From positions 28,492,150 to 28,556,149 of the forward strand of contig NC_134026.1 of the NCBI RefSeq assembly GCF_964204645.1: 64,000 nucleotides of DNA, read 5' to 3'. Source of the stretch: Tubulanus polymorphus (taxonomy: Eukaryota; Animalia; Nemertea). Shown here one piece after another: positions 42,851 through 56,527 of the stretch (the first letter of the stretch is position 1; the number at the start of each line of letters is the position of its first letter). The translations under genes were made by a program, and so were the position numbers. The notes beneath the pieces were generated by a model. It saw only the letters and a program-made list of their open reading frames with translations. It was not told the DNA's origin and did not search any database.

Positions 42851-43522
42851 AACTACTAGCTCAAGGAAACTTTTCAGGCTTTTTTCAATTTGGGTGCGAG
42901 ATTTGTATATTGTATGTTCGGTAGAATCTTTTTTTTTCTGTATTTGAAGACTGGACACTAACTCACGCCGGAGCACAGTGGTACAAATCTGTTGTCTTTC
43001 TTGACAATAGCTGCACTGAGATTGAACTCGGTATCCCGTTGGCGAATCTGAAGCGCGTGTCGACCCCTGTCGAAGGTCTGACCAATTTCTTTAGCATTCG
43101 GTTATATTTAATTACAGGCGCAGACGTTCACAACCGAGAATAACATGAACGTCTATCTACATATGAAGACTAGCGGATGCAGCTTCATTTGGCCTGCAGT
43201 ACCAGTTCCCTATCCGGCGCCTACAGCTCAATTATACGTACTAATTACGACAAGTAATAAGCGCTTATAACTGGTGTGGCATACGGAAACCAATGATTTC
43301 ACGCTATCGTCATTCATTGTCGTTTCTTCGCCTTCAATCGACGCTTCATACCAATAAATTTGCGATTTCTATTCTTCTGAGTCGTATTCATCAACACCGG
43401 CTCTAGCCGTAATTTAGTCCGTATACCGGGCGCTTGCCTTCGTGGTGTATGCAGCGTGTAATCGTGTTGTAATTGATGTTCCGTAAGGTAACGGTAAATA
43501 ACTATAGACGTATGAACGCGAA

Positions 43523-43915
43523 GGGGGTACAAATCAGATATAACTCCAGCTAAGTAAAAGCATCCTCCCCCGGCAGGGATTCGAACCTGATGGCATCGAG
43601 ATTGCCACGGTACGAAACCCTGCCATAATCGACCGTGTGCGCAGATACATGCGCAGTTCAGATGATGTGATTTTTAGCCAATCAGAAATCCCGTTTTATT
43701 TTAGCCCGGGTTTTCCCATTTATAGTTCTTCCTTGAAATTTGCCTCAACGATTATACAACGAGCAATCTGATTGGTGCCGCCAGTTTTCGTTCGAAAAGC
43801 TGCGCATGTACCTGCGCACCCGGTCTACTGATGCAGGGGTTCGTGCCGTGGCTGAATGTAGCGATGCCATCAGGTTCGAGTCCGTGCAGAGGGAGGATGA
43901 GTAAAAGATACCCCC
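43523..43915. mobile_element. Element with long diverged inverted arms, each carrying CCAAT, TGCGCATG and tRNA B-box-like motifs
   Basis: Arms ~43557-43695 (-) and ~43757-43900 (+) both read CTGATTGG...CTGCGCATGTA(C/T)CTGCGCAC...CGATGCCATCAGGTTCGA(A/G)TCC...GGGAGGATG. Outer ends GGGGGTA (43523) and TACCCCC (43915). Confidence 0.6.
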
Positions 43916-46900
43916 AAATATAGTTTAACGCATCCGTTTTGAGGTCGCGTGTTGCACTATCATGCCGTCTTGTGTATGTTGTGTTTGGTTCACAAAATGT
44001 TGAGTATTCAATTGTAGCAGAATCAAAGTTATTTCTTTCATCTCCTTGTAGATTTATGAATTGATAAATCAGACACACACAGTGACAAACATGTGAAATA
44101 TGAAAAAGATGCATCGGCAGAGGTTACATGAGATGATGTTGAGTTAATGTACACAGATCGTGACAAAAATAAAGTGTTTTTTTTTTGTTGCAGTGATTTC
44201 CGCTGACGCGAAACGGGCGTATGATGGATTTGTGACGTGTCTACCATGATGAACAATGGCATCAACTAAACCCAACCTTTACTGTGTGTGGGGAATAGTG
44301 ACCAAGTCTATTTCCCCTTCTTACGTCAGTGTCGTCCCATTTATTCTACTTACTTTATGTTTGTACACGCTTTTCTAGCGCTGGGTTATAAGACAGTATA
44401 CATTGTACGAAACGTGAACAATATGATGAAATAAGAAAACAACGTTTACGTTAAATAGAATTGTTGATTGTTACGTTAAACGAATTCATCGTTTGAATAT
44501 GTACGTTTCATCTGAAAAATATGTCAATTCAAGAATACAATTAACCTGATAATTTTAGAATTTGGTGATGAAACAAAGTTCGGAAATATGGTCTTTTATC
44601 TAAGAAATTGGATTACACGAAATATCAAACGAGTTTGATAGAAAATTTCAATTATAATCTCGACTAATCTAGTGGGTTTTTTTTCTGGAAGTCGGGAACA
44701 CGTGCGTGTTTTACGAGGAATACCCATTAGCTAACACAAGACCACTTGACGTGAGTTGAAGGAGAAGACACTTTTGATGTGAAAACATTCCCTGAGGTGT
44801 GAAATATTTGAAAAACGTTAAGACTTTGATCTCCGAATAACCAGCACTTCGTCGGTCTTCTTTGCGTTCATATAGTTATCGCATATGAAAGAAAATTACT
44901 ATTTAATGGGTTGCGACATAAAAGCGATGAAAATCGGAGCAAGACCTCTCCGATAAGAAAGCGCTTCGAAAAATATGCGAAGTCGGATCCGTGTTTAACG
45001 TCATTATTTGGTGTTGATTTGCAAGATCGGGTTCGAATCCTGTCGCTATTACTTTTATGGCTTATTATCTACATCAACTATACGGGAAGTGGTATACAGG
45101 TATGTCTGATAAAGCAGCTACATTTTAATCTTCTGGCTTTGAAACGCTCCATCCTTCAATAGAAATTAATTATATTTTTCTCTTTGATGATACTACGGCA
45201 AATTAATGACAATTAATAGAGAATCCCACACAACATTTGATTCTACACAATTTGACGACGCCAGTGTTTTCAACGGTGTTTTTGTAGGGTTTCGGTCACG
45301 GAGGTAAATTTGCAACCATATCGCGTGCAACCACGCAATCATCGTCTTAATGCTTCCAAACGTAGGAGTGATTAATCTTATCAAAACGAAAAAGGCTGAT
45401 GCGCTTCGCTTTAGGAATGTGGCTAACAATATCTTCTATTTCAGACCGTACGGGAAAGATTTTCGTTCACAATAACGGGAAAATGCAGTTTATATGAATA
45501 GCTTCGTAAATGAAAAGCCAAATTCTACAATTCTACAGTTCAAAAGGAAATCAGTATCAGTACAATGGCCTGCACTGCATTGTTCAATGAAGAAAAATGA
45601 TTAGTTACTTATTGCTCACTAGAGGGTTCTAGAATATAATATAAACCTGTCATTCTATTTATCATAGTACACTTACATCCTATTAACATGCATAGAAAAC
45701 TAGCCAGCCAAACGGCCCCCGTTGGTCAATGAAGTCAACTTGATGGATATGCTTGTTTACGATAGTAAGTACAGACGTGAGTTCATGCATCCGAATTCAC
45801 ATCCCACGGGTCAAACGTTTGACAAATCGACGCAGTTGATAATGGGAAACCGCTCGGCGAGTAACATCAACATATTTTGTATATATTTCTTTTTTTACTA
45901 TCAGCGTACCGTCTACACGAAATTGCCAGTCGGACATTTGTAATTGCAGTTGTCGAGTATGCTTATGAAATTCAACCTGCGGGTGGTATTGACACTGAGT
46001 CAGTCTATAGGGGATCGCTACATCATGTTATCGTCGTTATCAATTGCAATGCATACGTTAAGTCAAATGACATGCTGTCAGAGTCACTGAAACGGCGAGA
46101 GCAAAACGCGTCGAAATCCCCAACCATGTGACATCTCGATGCGAATCTAAACTGTGAATATGTAATCGCCAGTGCGACACAAATTGCAGTTCTTTCGAGT
46201 CGGGCTGAAATTTCCGCTGCATGTTGAACCAGAAAATTGAATTTAGATGATCTTCATGCCGTAGAATCTAATCTTTGTTTGAAGATGTCACCTTCGGGCC
46301 ATCAATCATTTTATCTCCATACGTGTGACATTTTACACCCTCCGAGGACTCGACATTCGTGAACCGTAATTTCTGAACGGAGACCACGACGAAAAATTAA
46401 AGCGCAATCAATCTTTAAAAGTTTACAAAGAATTAAAGCAAGGTTTCTTCCCATTCGCTTCTCCTGTAGCTTTTTGAATGTAATGCCAATTTGACACAAG
46501 GGATTTTTTGGATCCGATTCATCGCGTATAGAAAATAACTCCTGATACTAATTATGGCATTTATAGGCTACAAATATGATAATACGCGGCTGTAAGAATC
46601 GTCAGTAACATAATAAGATGCAAGGGGATTGGGTGCCGATGCGTTCCCAATAGTTTAGTTTTAAAACACCTAACACACATTGCGTCATTCGCTGTTGAGT
46701 ATTCTGATCTCGATAGAGATTCCTTGTGGCGTATTTTCTGTGGACATCTCCAAGTGTTGACAGCTTAATGAATTGCATTAGTCACTGCTATACTCGTGGT
46801 CACTTGTCGTATATAGGGGTCGTGTCAAGAAAACAGTGGGTTTCACATCCTTCACCTCTAGGTTAGGCTCCCGCTATCTGTTTGTTTTAGAGAATACAAA

Positions 46901-49900
46901 CGGATGACAGGCCGAGTTCTTGATCTGATCGCTGCAAAACTCCATATGTAAGATGTAGAATGATGCAGATGCTGTCATCTAAGGCTCATATTTAAGAAAC
47001 TGTTAAGCCCTTTATCTAATCTAACACCTTGAACCACGCATCAGTTTTGGACTTAGTGGCAGCTGTAAAGCCCGGATGATCGTTTTTGTATCTTCAGAAT
47101 CTGAGACTCACTAACTTTCAGTTGACCGAACAAATTTTCAATCTCAATTATTTCTTGTCCTCGTAGTAGCCATAAATGAATTCATCATTCGCCCATCTAA
47201 CTATTCATCCCTTGTATTTTCTCTCTCCAAGATCTAAGATGTAATTGCTATTTGATTCATCGACGAGACAGGCCCTTTCATATAATTGCCTCCAACGACA
47301 CACGCATCTTTCCCCTTCGTTGGGCTAAGTCTTATTGAATTTCACTTGGCCTAACACATCTCCGCGGCAAAATGGAAGTAATCATGTCAATCATACAATG
47401 AGGCATATACATCATTTTCCACGGGTTTGGTCAAATTTTCTCCGCGGCTCGTTACTCATCTTTCCACGGTTTGTCAAAATGGGTTTACGTCAAAATCTTT
47501 TCAACGTTCTTCGTTCCATTTAATCGTAACGGCTTTGGGCTACGAGTGCAGTACTAATGGGATAACATTTTGACCGAAAACGACCCCGCGACTATCACGA
47601 CTTTGACGGATGGATCTACCCCAGATATCCACCCACCATCTCTCGCTGATATAGTTAGATTTCGGGCGACAAATCCATTACAACTCGCGTCATGTGCGTC
47701 AGCCCAACATCATTTACTCCTGTTGGCTAAACGAGTCAAACACATCCTCACCGCATATACATGCTCACCCTGATCATCGAAATGATTTTAGCACCTGGTA
47801 ATAATCCAACAGTTGTATCGATGTAGGTGGGTATAAGTGCTCAGGAATACCAGCGACTTCCTACGTAATTAATTGCTTTTAGCGAGAAAAGTCTGTTGAT
47901 GGTCTTATGAAATATCCTTTTGTCTTTTCAAGGCGATCTCCAATCAGAAATAACTCCTTTTCATTAAATATATCGCATTTGGAATGGTATTTCTTGCTAA
48001 TATATTTGATGTCTAAATGTCTTTGGTGGATAGTTATTAGATGTATTGGAATTCTGTATACCTAACTACGTCACCGTTCTATGATTACGTACCTTACTTG
48101 CAACCACTTGCCTACGAATATCCACCGAATCGATTAACAACAGTGAAGGGTTTTCACGGTCCACATCTGAACCTAAGGAGGCTTAGATGGCTCGGGGATT
48201 TGTTTCGTGAGAAAACTCGCTAGAAGCTCGCATTCCAAAGATTATTAGAAAGTTCGATACTGCTTTTTGTTGCACGTGATATGGGGGATTGTGTTGTAAA
48301 CTTTATTGAAAACAACGATTTTTACTTAAAGCCCTTATCGCGTGAATCGGTAAGCGTTCATATTCGAAGAACTTATAAATTTCTAAAATGTTTTGTCTGT
48401 TCGTACACAGCGCAAAAGCGTATTCTGAAAATCAATCGCTAAGCGAAATAAAAAGAATCGTGATTTATGGGTTCCCATTCGAGGAAGAAATATATACATG
48501 ATAAAAATGCTACCTGATGACGTCCAGATGTAAATGACATGTTTCTACCCGATCGTTTAAACATGTAAGTCTATGTTTGCCAAAGTGACATGAAATTTCT
48601 TTGGTTGTGAAAATTCAATACCACATAGAAAAGTTTTTTTAACAAGCACAGAAGGAAACATGTCGCCACGTATCAGATCTCGCTACCGTACGAGATATTC
48701 CTCACACATCTGTATAATAATCAGACGGTAATTCTGCTGATCAGAAATGAAGATATCGGTACTATACGCCGCAATTTAAAAGGCTTCATTTCAAATTAAT
48801 GATGTTCAGAATGTGAGAAACCGATTGGTAGAGATAGTCTCGATTTTAGATATACGTCACAGACACGAAACAGAACCTCACGGGTTTCATAAACTTTCCA
48901 TCTGTATTGTTTGACGAAACATGTTATTTGAGATTTGCCATCTAACCTTCGGCACTTTTCAAATTCGAAATAAACGCCCCAATGCCAGTCACCGCTGAGA
49001 ACAATATACACGACGATGTATAGTCCTGTCTGCACTTTTCATTCTAATCATTCCTAACGGATAGATCCGGTAAGTTTTTACACAGCCGAAAGGGTCATAC
49101 CTTGTGTGCATACGTAGGACTGTTTCATCTCATCAGTAATGCCATTAGCAAAAGCTAAATTGATTTAATTTACTGATGGAGATACACTTCTTGAAGTGTA
49201 GAATAGTCCTTACAATTGAATTGCACACGGGAAAACTACAACTAAATTCATTATATAAGAGCGTAGTCATTCCGTTAGCTGCGATGTGATCGGGATATTC
49301 TAGAATTTTGCGAGCGGCATTTTGGAAAATATTAGCTCAAAATGTGGTTGGAGAATATTTCAACAAGATCAAGTTTCGGGGGAAGTTTTGATTATGTTTG
49401 AAGGGCTTGCGATGAAGTGCAGCGGATTCCTTGATGGTGAAATCGTGTTGATTCTGTAGATACCTTAATCAGTTACACTTTCTAACGATCAGATATCACT
49501 CGTGGTATCTCAAATACAAAATGTCTAAATTCTTTCGTTATCTACAACGTAAAGGTTAACGTCCTTTATCGAGCTTGGGTAATACGTTTACAGACATTCT
49601 CGGCAGGTTTACAATCCGTGTGACGACCGGTAGAGGATATTCCATCAATCCATTTACGTCACATATGTCGGAAATATCAAGCCCCGGTCAGGACTTTGGG
49701 AATGTCTAGCAATTCCATCTGAATATCGGTGGCGATAATGGTTTTTCCACGCAAGACTGTGCATATTTGGCTAAACGTACCTATCTAAACATTACATATT
49801 TTTGAATTATGTCTATATAACGATGTAAGTTCCATCAGGTATATTCATTTATCAAGCGAAAGATAATTATCCTGAAATTAAATTTCAATTAGAGATTGTG

Positions 49901-50728
49901 ATGATGGATGATGGGATGCTTCTCCTTGATCTACATGTACTTGGATTAACTGGGAAAGCTGCAGTCGAAACCGACCATTGGCGTGTAGTTTTGTAACTAT
50001 TTGAAAATCTAAACATTCGATAATGTACGCTGACAATCGAAATATTTCATGATAAGATTCAACAACAACCGTTATCTGTTTGTGATGATATTCAATAAAT
50101 CAGATCCACATTCAACGAATCAGTGTCGACAGTCATGGTTTATAATATGTAGTATATCTGTATGTAAAATGGCTGTTTCGTTTTGATACTACATGTCGAT
50201 AATTAGGCCTTTTTATTCTTCTTTAAAACAAGCAACCGAGCGTGACTTTATGTCCAAAAGTTTCAATTTAGCCAAGAATAACCTTCCTTGTCATGAAACC
50301 ACCATTTCAAACCTTCCCCCGTGGTAAAATAATTGATAGAAATACATGTTAAGGATAAATCTAAGTTCGATATCAATTAATGAAATACACGTGTAATAGG
50401 ATACGAGCTCTTAATTGCTCTTGTTAAATGGACAAATTGTTCATCAAATAACGATTAGAAATGTTCTTAAAACAGCTAAAATTGCTGCTGTTGATATTGA
50501 TCGAATAACACAATATTTTTTCCGATTCGTAATATGAATTTTTAAATATATCTGGTTAGGTGTTATGTAATTTAAGGCGTGCGTTGGTATGGTATTGGTA
50601 AATTGGTATTTTCAGTGGTCTGATGATAGCTGCAATTAGAACATTTAGCTTCCGGGTAATATTGAATTTTTTTCAATGATGATCCACTTTTCTAGTTCCC
50701 ATAGACAAGTGGTCGGCTGTCTAATACT

Positions 50729-50900
50729 ATTTGAAGTTAAAAACCATCACTTTTTAAGATAAACTAAATGAACATTTGACGTTTCGACCCAATCTAATAC
50801 ATTTTTAAAAATATTTTTTAATATGGCCCATAGAATTGAGTCGAAACGTCAAACGCTCCTTTAGTTTTTTTTGTATTATTGTGGGTTTTTTACTTCAAAT
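50729..50900. mobile_element. Decayed Penelope-like inverted pLTR pair
   Basis: ATTTGAAGTTAAAAACC...AAACTAAA...TTTGACGTTTCGACCCAAT versus ATTGAGTCGAAACGTCAAA...TTTAGTTT...GTGGGTTTTTTACTTCAAAT. Retains the CGAAACGTC hammerhead 3' half and the GTGGGTTTTT motif also seen in the 54-kb element. Confidence 0.6.
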
Positions 50901-53458
50901 GATCCGGTATTTTATCTACTTTACAAAATTACTAAATGTTTTGGATTTTTAAGACTTTCTATTGCGTATTTGTTTGTGTAGTCATTCTGCACGACATGCA
51001 GGTAATATCCGCCTGCGAGAAAAGAATCAGAATTCGTTTTAACTCTGTATCATTCGTTCATTCTAAATTCAAGGCCGCTTCTCTCCAGTTCCATCCATCC
51101 AGTCCGTTTGATTAGAACGGCCTCCCGCAGTAAACCGACTCATAAACCATACACTCAATGTTCTACCTTAGATTGTCTATAAGATTGCTTATGTCCACGA
51201 GATTCCATTTTCGTTCGTTTGACGTTTTGCCGGAGCAGTCAGTCACGTCACGACAAAAATCAACATCAGAAAATATGGGCAGACATATCCATTAACCCTA
51301 CGATGACAACTTTGACTGAATCCATATGGGAATAGTTTTTTAAAGGCCATTTATTTTGAATCCAGTATATTTGGAGCTTTTCCCGATAAGTAATCAAGCA
51401 AATGTAGTCTATAATGAAATTGCGGGTGAATAGCATCATGGATCATCTCAATTTATTACATGAATAAAGGGGTCTGTAGCCCACAGTTGTATAAATTCAA
51501 ATGTTCACAAACCTAGAAATTGTCTCGTGAAACTGATCGATAAAGTTAAATGAGAAAATAAGTACCTCCCATCCTGCGGTGTGACTGAAAGCCGGACGTG
51601 GACCCGGACTCGATATCCGCAGGAATGACGTCTTAAAGCCACACCAGGACTAAATTTTTCGGACTTGGATTATTTTGGAATTTTTAAGATTAGCATGGTT
51701 TTGCTGTCGGTTGAAGGAAGTATAAAAAAGTCTTTGTTAACTAGCATGCGCGTAACGGGCGCTTGAGGCTTAGTACATCATGATGGGTTATTTAGCCGAA
51801 TATAATGCCAGCGATTCCCCCCCCCCCCCCAAAAAAAAAAATTATCAGCTAGCACCGTCAACCTAATTGTGATTGACATCATAGCGCAATTGACCAAAAG
51901 CACATTGGTTAACAATGGATACCACTCTTATGGCACGTATTTGACTCCATTTAAGGATTTGATTATTCGAATCAGGAGCCAGGTCGGTTTTTTTACCGTC
52001 ACTGTGCTTTGCCGTTGGTTACATTTCTTACGACGGAATAATGTTGTAGAAGTATCGTAAAATCGTTCATATAACAAATATATGGTAAGATTGATAAAGA
52101 TTAATGACGACGATAAGGCAATGGATTCGAAGAGCTTTACCAAAGGACAACACGGAATGATCGCTGAGAAAGACCTGTGGAAATAGGTTTTCCGTTGTTC
52201 GTAATAGTTCGTTGTCAAATAAAACGAATTGCTCGACATTATCAATCCCATATTCAGTGTCTTTTGGGAAATTAATCCATGAATTATATAAGATTGATTT
52301 GTTCTATTTAGTTTTTAAGATTGAGAACTGATAGATCAAACATATCGAATAGTCTTTCAAATATGGCCAGTGCTACAGTATTATTGTCCTGACCTTGACT
52401 CTACGTGCAGTGTAAGTGTTTGGAAATGAAGCAGTTGTAACTGTTGACCTGTTGTTTTGTTTTTGAATCAGTACGGTCCAAATTGATTTCAACAAAATTA
52501 TTTCTTCGATTCTACTTGGAATGGAACTTTCCACGCATAAACGGTATGCTTTGATAAATATCAGTGAAAGGTATTCGGTCAGTGTCTTTATTGACATGTC
52601 AATTAGGGCCATGATGGATGAATCCCTAATAGTTATGCTTCATTATTGTGATTTCGCTAGTTTTATTACGAATTGCTATTATGTTGAGTTAAAGTGGTTT
52701 ATAAGGGACCTGTGAAACTCAACGGGAATAATTGTCTGTGGCTGATTACTGAACGCTGTAACTACTAGAAATATCCTTAATGAGCCTTTGATCCTTCGAG
52801 CCTATCTAATAGGTTACGTATGCTCTCTGACCATGGATATGTCCCAATTTCTGTCTAGTTTATATATCTATTCGAAGTTGAAAGACAAGCCAATTATTCC
52901 TACCTCTTCTTTTCTCGTAACCAGTAATAATGTTTCATATGCAATTGATTTCCGCGTACGCTCTTCAGAGAAAACGATTATCGAAGATCTTGTACTGACA
53001 TCACAGGCGCATCGGACAATTCGCAAAAATTGAATGCAATTTCGTCAAGAATCTTTGATGCAGTCGGTAAATATTTGCCAAAGCGAATTTGTTCAAAATG
53101 AATGGTATTGGGGATTGATTTGTACTGTGATTAGATTGAACTACCACTCGTAGTGTAAGAGCCATCTGTTACACCGAGATATGTAAACATTAATGTCTGA
53201 CTGGTTTACATTTTTATAGCAGCAGAAGGTTGCGGAGAAATTAGTGATTGCAGTTAATCGTCATATTCGGGAATGCGATCGTAGCTAGAATTATCCAGCA
53301 CCGGTTTTTTGAAAATGTTCAAAATAGCTTCAGTTCGTGACCAACCACGATTTCAAAATACAACGCATTTTTCTTTTGAATTTCAAATAGATCCTTGATT
53401 TCTCTTCTGAAAATGACTAACCCAACGAGATTCAGTCCGCGTATGATATATATACACA

Positions 53459-53461
<3 letters not shown>

Positions 53462-53500
<39 letters not shown>
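53462..53500. repeat. (AT)n microsatellite
   Basis: Seen directly. Confidence 0.95.
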
Positions 53501-53502
<2 letters not shown>

Positions 53503-53991
53503 TCAAAATAATAAAGATGAAAGTCACTCCCTTGAACAGTCAAACGCTACTACGGATACATACCGCAGGGCGTATAATCGATTTATCATGTTATGAAATC
53601 AGTCAATGGTATTAAAAGTATTTCAATTTGCACGTTTCCTAGCTATAATTAACAATGTGTTAACGCAAAACAAAAGGGCTAAATTATTTATACGGTTTTA
53701 GTAGGTATAGGCTTGATGACATCAGCGCACGCGAACGCGCCAAACCTAAATAAAGAATTATTTATGACATAAAATAATTACAACCTTTCTCACGATGTTT
53801 CGGTGAAGGTGCGATTTGTGCTTGATTGCTTTCAAAGAACACGATCGGTCGGTTTCACAATGTTTTACTTTAAAGATAGATGTAAGAACATTTTTTTCAA
53901 TTATTGCCATATTAAGATAAAAACCCACTATCTACAGATTAAAAGAATTTAAAAACAAGAATTTATTTATTAAATCTAAAATATATATAAG

Positions 53992-54033
53992 ACACGACGT
54001 TTCGATCTCACCCTAGAGATCATCGTCAGGTGT
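53992..54033 (-). ncRNA. Minimal type I hammerhead ribozyme, antisense copy
   Basis: Exact reverse complement of 54102-54143. Confidence 0.75.
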
Positions 54034-54101
54034 GAGATATAGACTAGTATATATCTCCTGGATATAGACTATGCGCTGAGATATAGACTAGTCTATATCT
54101 C

Positions 54102-54143
54102 ACACCTGACGATGATCTCTAGGGTGAGATCGAAACGTCGTGT
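54102..54143 (+). ncRNA. Minimal type I hammerhead ribozyme (Penelope-type)
   Basis: Stem I ACAC/GTGT; core CTGACGA (54106-54112) plus one extra T; stem II GATCTC-TAGGGT-GAGATC; GAAA (54132-54135); palindromic ACGT in place of stem III; GTC triplet with predicted cleavage after 54139. Confidence 0.8.
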
Positions 54144-56527
54144 CTTATATATATTTTAGATTTAATAAATAAATTCTTGTTTTTAAATTCTTTTAATCTG
54201 TAGATAGTGGGTTTTTATCTTATTATCCGTTCACCACGTTTGAGTGTGGTTATCGTTCTATTGCCATATTGATATATATGTATATATACGTATGCAGATA
54301 TTCCAAATTAAAAACTTCTTATGTAATCTAATTCATAAGCATTATTCGCGCAATAAGAAAACGATTTTCTACACATCGTCTACATTATTTGCAATTCTAA
54401 TTCTCAACCAAACTCAATGTTACAGTCAGATCTGTTCTTCGTTCTATCCTAGATTTATGAGAAAATATCACGCAACTCCCGAACGATTATCTGATGGTCA
54501 TACATTCATAAATGGATCTCTTGATAATTATGTATCTCTTTTCGAAATTATGAAATCGAGTTACTTTCTTTCATTTAAGAAAATCGTTCAACTTACCGGA
54601 TTACTTTATCCGCACGTGAAATGTTGCTCCTAAAACCAATACACTTGACTTGCGAGTCGATGAGTTTCAATAATTGGTGAAGCTGGTTCAATCAGATGAC
54701 TTTCGATTTAAACATGTACTTATGATACAGGTGTGCGCGCTACTGACAAGAAGCAGCAACGGATGGCTCCGGGACGGCTATCAGCGCGCTGAAAACTGAC
54801 CGAGCTACGCGCAAAATCAGCGCGTCTGTCTGTCACCATGTTGCGATATGTCGATAGAACTCGTAACACACGCAACATGTTGAAAAGTAACAGTAGCTAT
54901 TAAATCTGAAATCTTGATGATACCCATCACAAATTACGAAGCATCACGGTTTCTGAAATAACTTTCTCAGATCCGTTCGAAAAATTTAATTAAAGCTTAT
55001 TGTTCGTGTTGGGTGGCAGACCAGTCATCGCGATATCTGCGTGTTCAGTCGAAAATTGATATTCGAAGGAAAATATAAGAATGAGTTTTAGTATCTATAG
55101 TCCATGGAAGAAATTCTGATATGGCCAACCATCATAAGAATTAACAGGGATGGATCCAGGGGTAAAATGATGGTTTGTGGTGCAATATTTGCAAATAAGC
55201 AGGATAAAACTTTTCGTCAACCTCACCACAACTCACCTCAACTTGTTTGATCAAGGCACAAGTCTGACCAGTGGCTATGCACTGGATGAAGTGTAGATGG
55301 GCATATTGGCAAATTATAGTATAAATGAATTACATCAACATGTTTTCAATGAAAGTTTATCGATATGTATATACCCAAGGTCATTAACTGTCCTTGTAGA
55401 TACTGTCAAATTAATTCGTTGGTCATGAAATCCGATGTCAGCAATTATCACGATTAGGATATAGCTGCTGGCAATCGAGAGAAATGGAATATGTTTAGTT
55501 CGATAATTAAGATATTTTGCTGAGATCAAAAACGGGATTCGTCGATGAATTTGGATAAAGTATGAAACTGAATAGAATATGTTGATGGTCATTTTCATCC
55601 TGCAGTTTGTATCGGTAAGCTGCATACTCGTCCAGATGAATTGGGCTTTTAAAAGCAGTAAAGACATGAATAAACGAGGTGATTCCAGGTTGACGTAAAG
55701 CCCACTGTCCTTCACTTGTGATCAAGTTATCTGGAAACACGATAATCTCGATCATAAATTACATGTCGTCTGCAGTCATAAATTGTTTCCTGCCGTGGCA
55801 GAGAGAGAGTGGCTGAAAGCTATCCGATTCGATCCCCTGTGATCGGTCAAACCGGAATGATCAGGACCAAACGCTCAAACGGATTAGGCAAATAACTAAC
55901 ACAGTATACCGTCATATCTGATGTCATCTTTTTGTCTGTCTGTGCCGCTAAAGACACAATAAAACTTATTTTAAATGAAAACCTTTACTTTTTACAATCA
56001 GATGCATATTATTCCAATGCAGGGGATAAAAGCCTCATCGGATATGACTAAAATGTTTCGATGTAGATTCAAAAAAGATCTTGCCCTTCAATCGTCCGGT
56101 AATAAAAGCAACGGACTCGTATTGTCGTAACAATCAGTAAGAAGGTCATTTACCGGGCAAAAAACCAATTACGATATGAATGAAGGATGTACTGCTGCTT
56201 TATTGCGATGTATCAACTTCGAAGGATTGTTCACTTCTTAATCCTGTCAGGGTTTGCAGATGAATGTCGGAGAATTTCGTGTTTTGATTGTGCGGCATGG
56301 TCCATTGAAGTGGCGTTAATCGTATTTTGAGATGGCGGCTGACTCCAGACCCATGTATCGTCTGTTAACCGTGTTAGGCTTCTGGTTGATGCCAAATATT
56401 GAATAACAATTTTAATCTAGTGGATTAGAGAATATATCAATTGCAAACATCAATCAACAATGTGGTTCTATTATGTCGAGACAGGATTAGAAGTTTGATT
56501 TAATATGAAATATACCGCAGTAATATA

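Larger units (their letters stand above)
53914..54258 (+). mobile_element. Young 5'-truncated Penelope-like element (inverted pLTRs plus tail) with target-site duplication
   Basis: Perfect 136-bp inverted repeat 53913-54048 / 54087-54222; 36-bp unpaired 3' tail 54223-54258; direct repeat TATTGCCATATT at 53902-53913 and 54259-54270; hammerhead motif and AATAAA in each arm. Confidence 0.85.

Noticed and set aside
43557-43900. tRNA genes
   Set aside because: Only the T-loop/B-box is present; no acceptor, D or anticodon stems could be formed.
45026-45045. Isolated GGGTTCGAATCC B-box
   Set aside because: No A-box or cloverleaf; at most a SINE relic that cannot be delimited.
49117-49140. Minus-strand CTGATGA-GAT-GAAA-CAGTC hammerhead-like string
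   Set aside because: No stem II and no stem I pairing; likely chance.
56231-56416. 61-codon open minus-strand stretch after an AG (IKIVIQYLASTR...KK*)
   Set aside because: No recognisable domain and no upstream partner exons.
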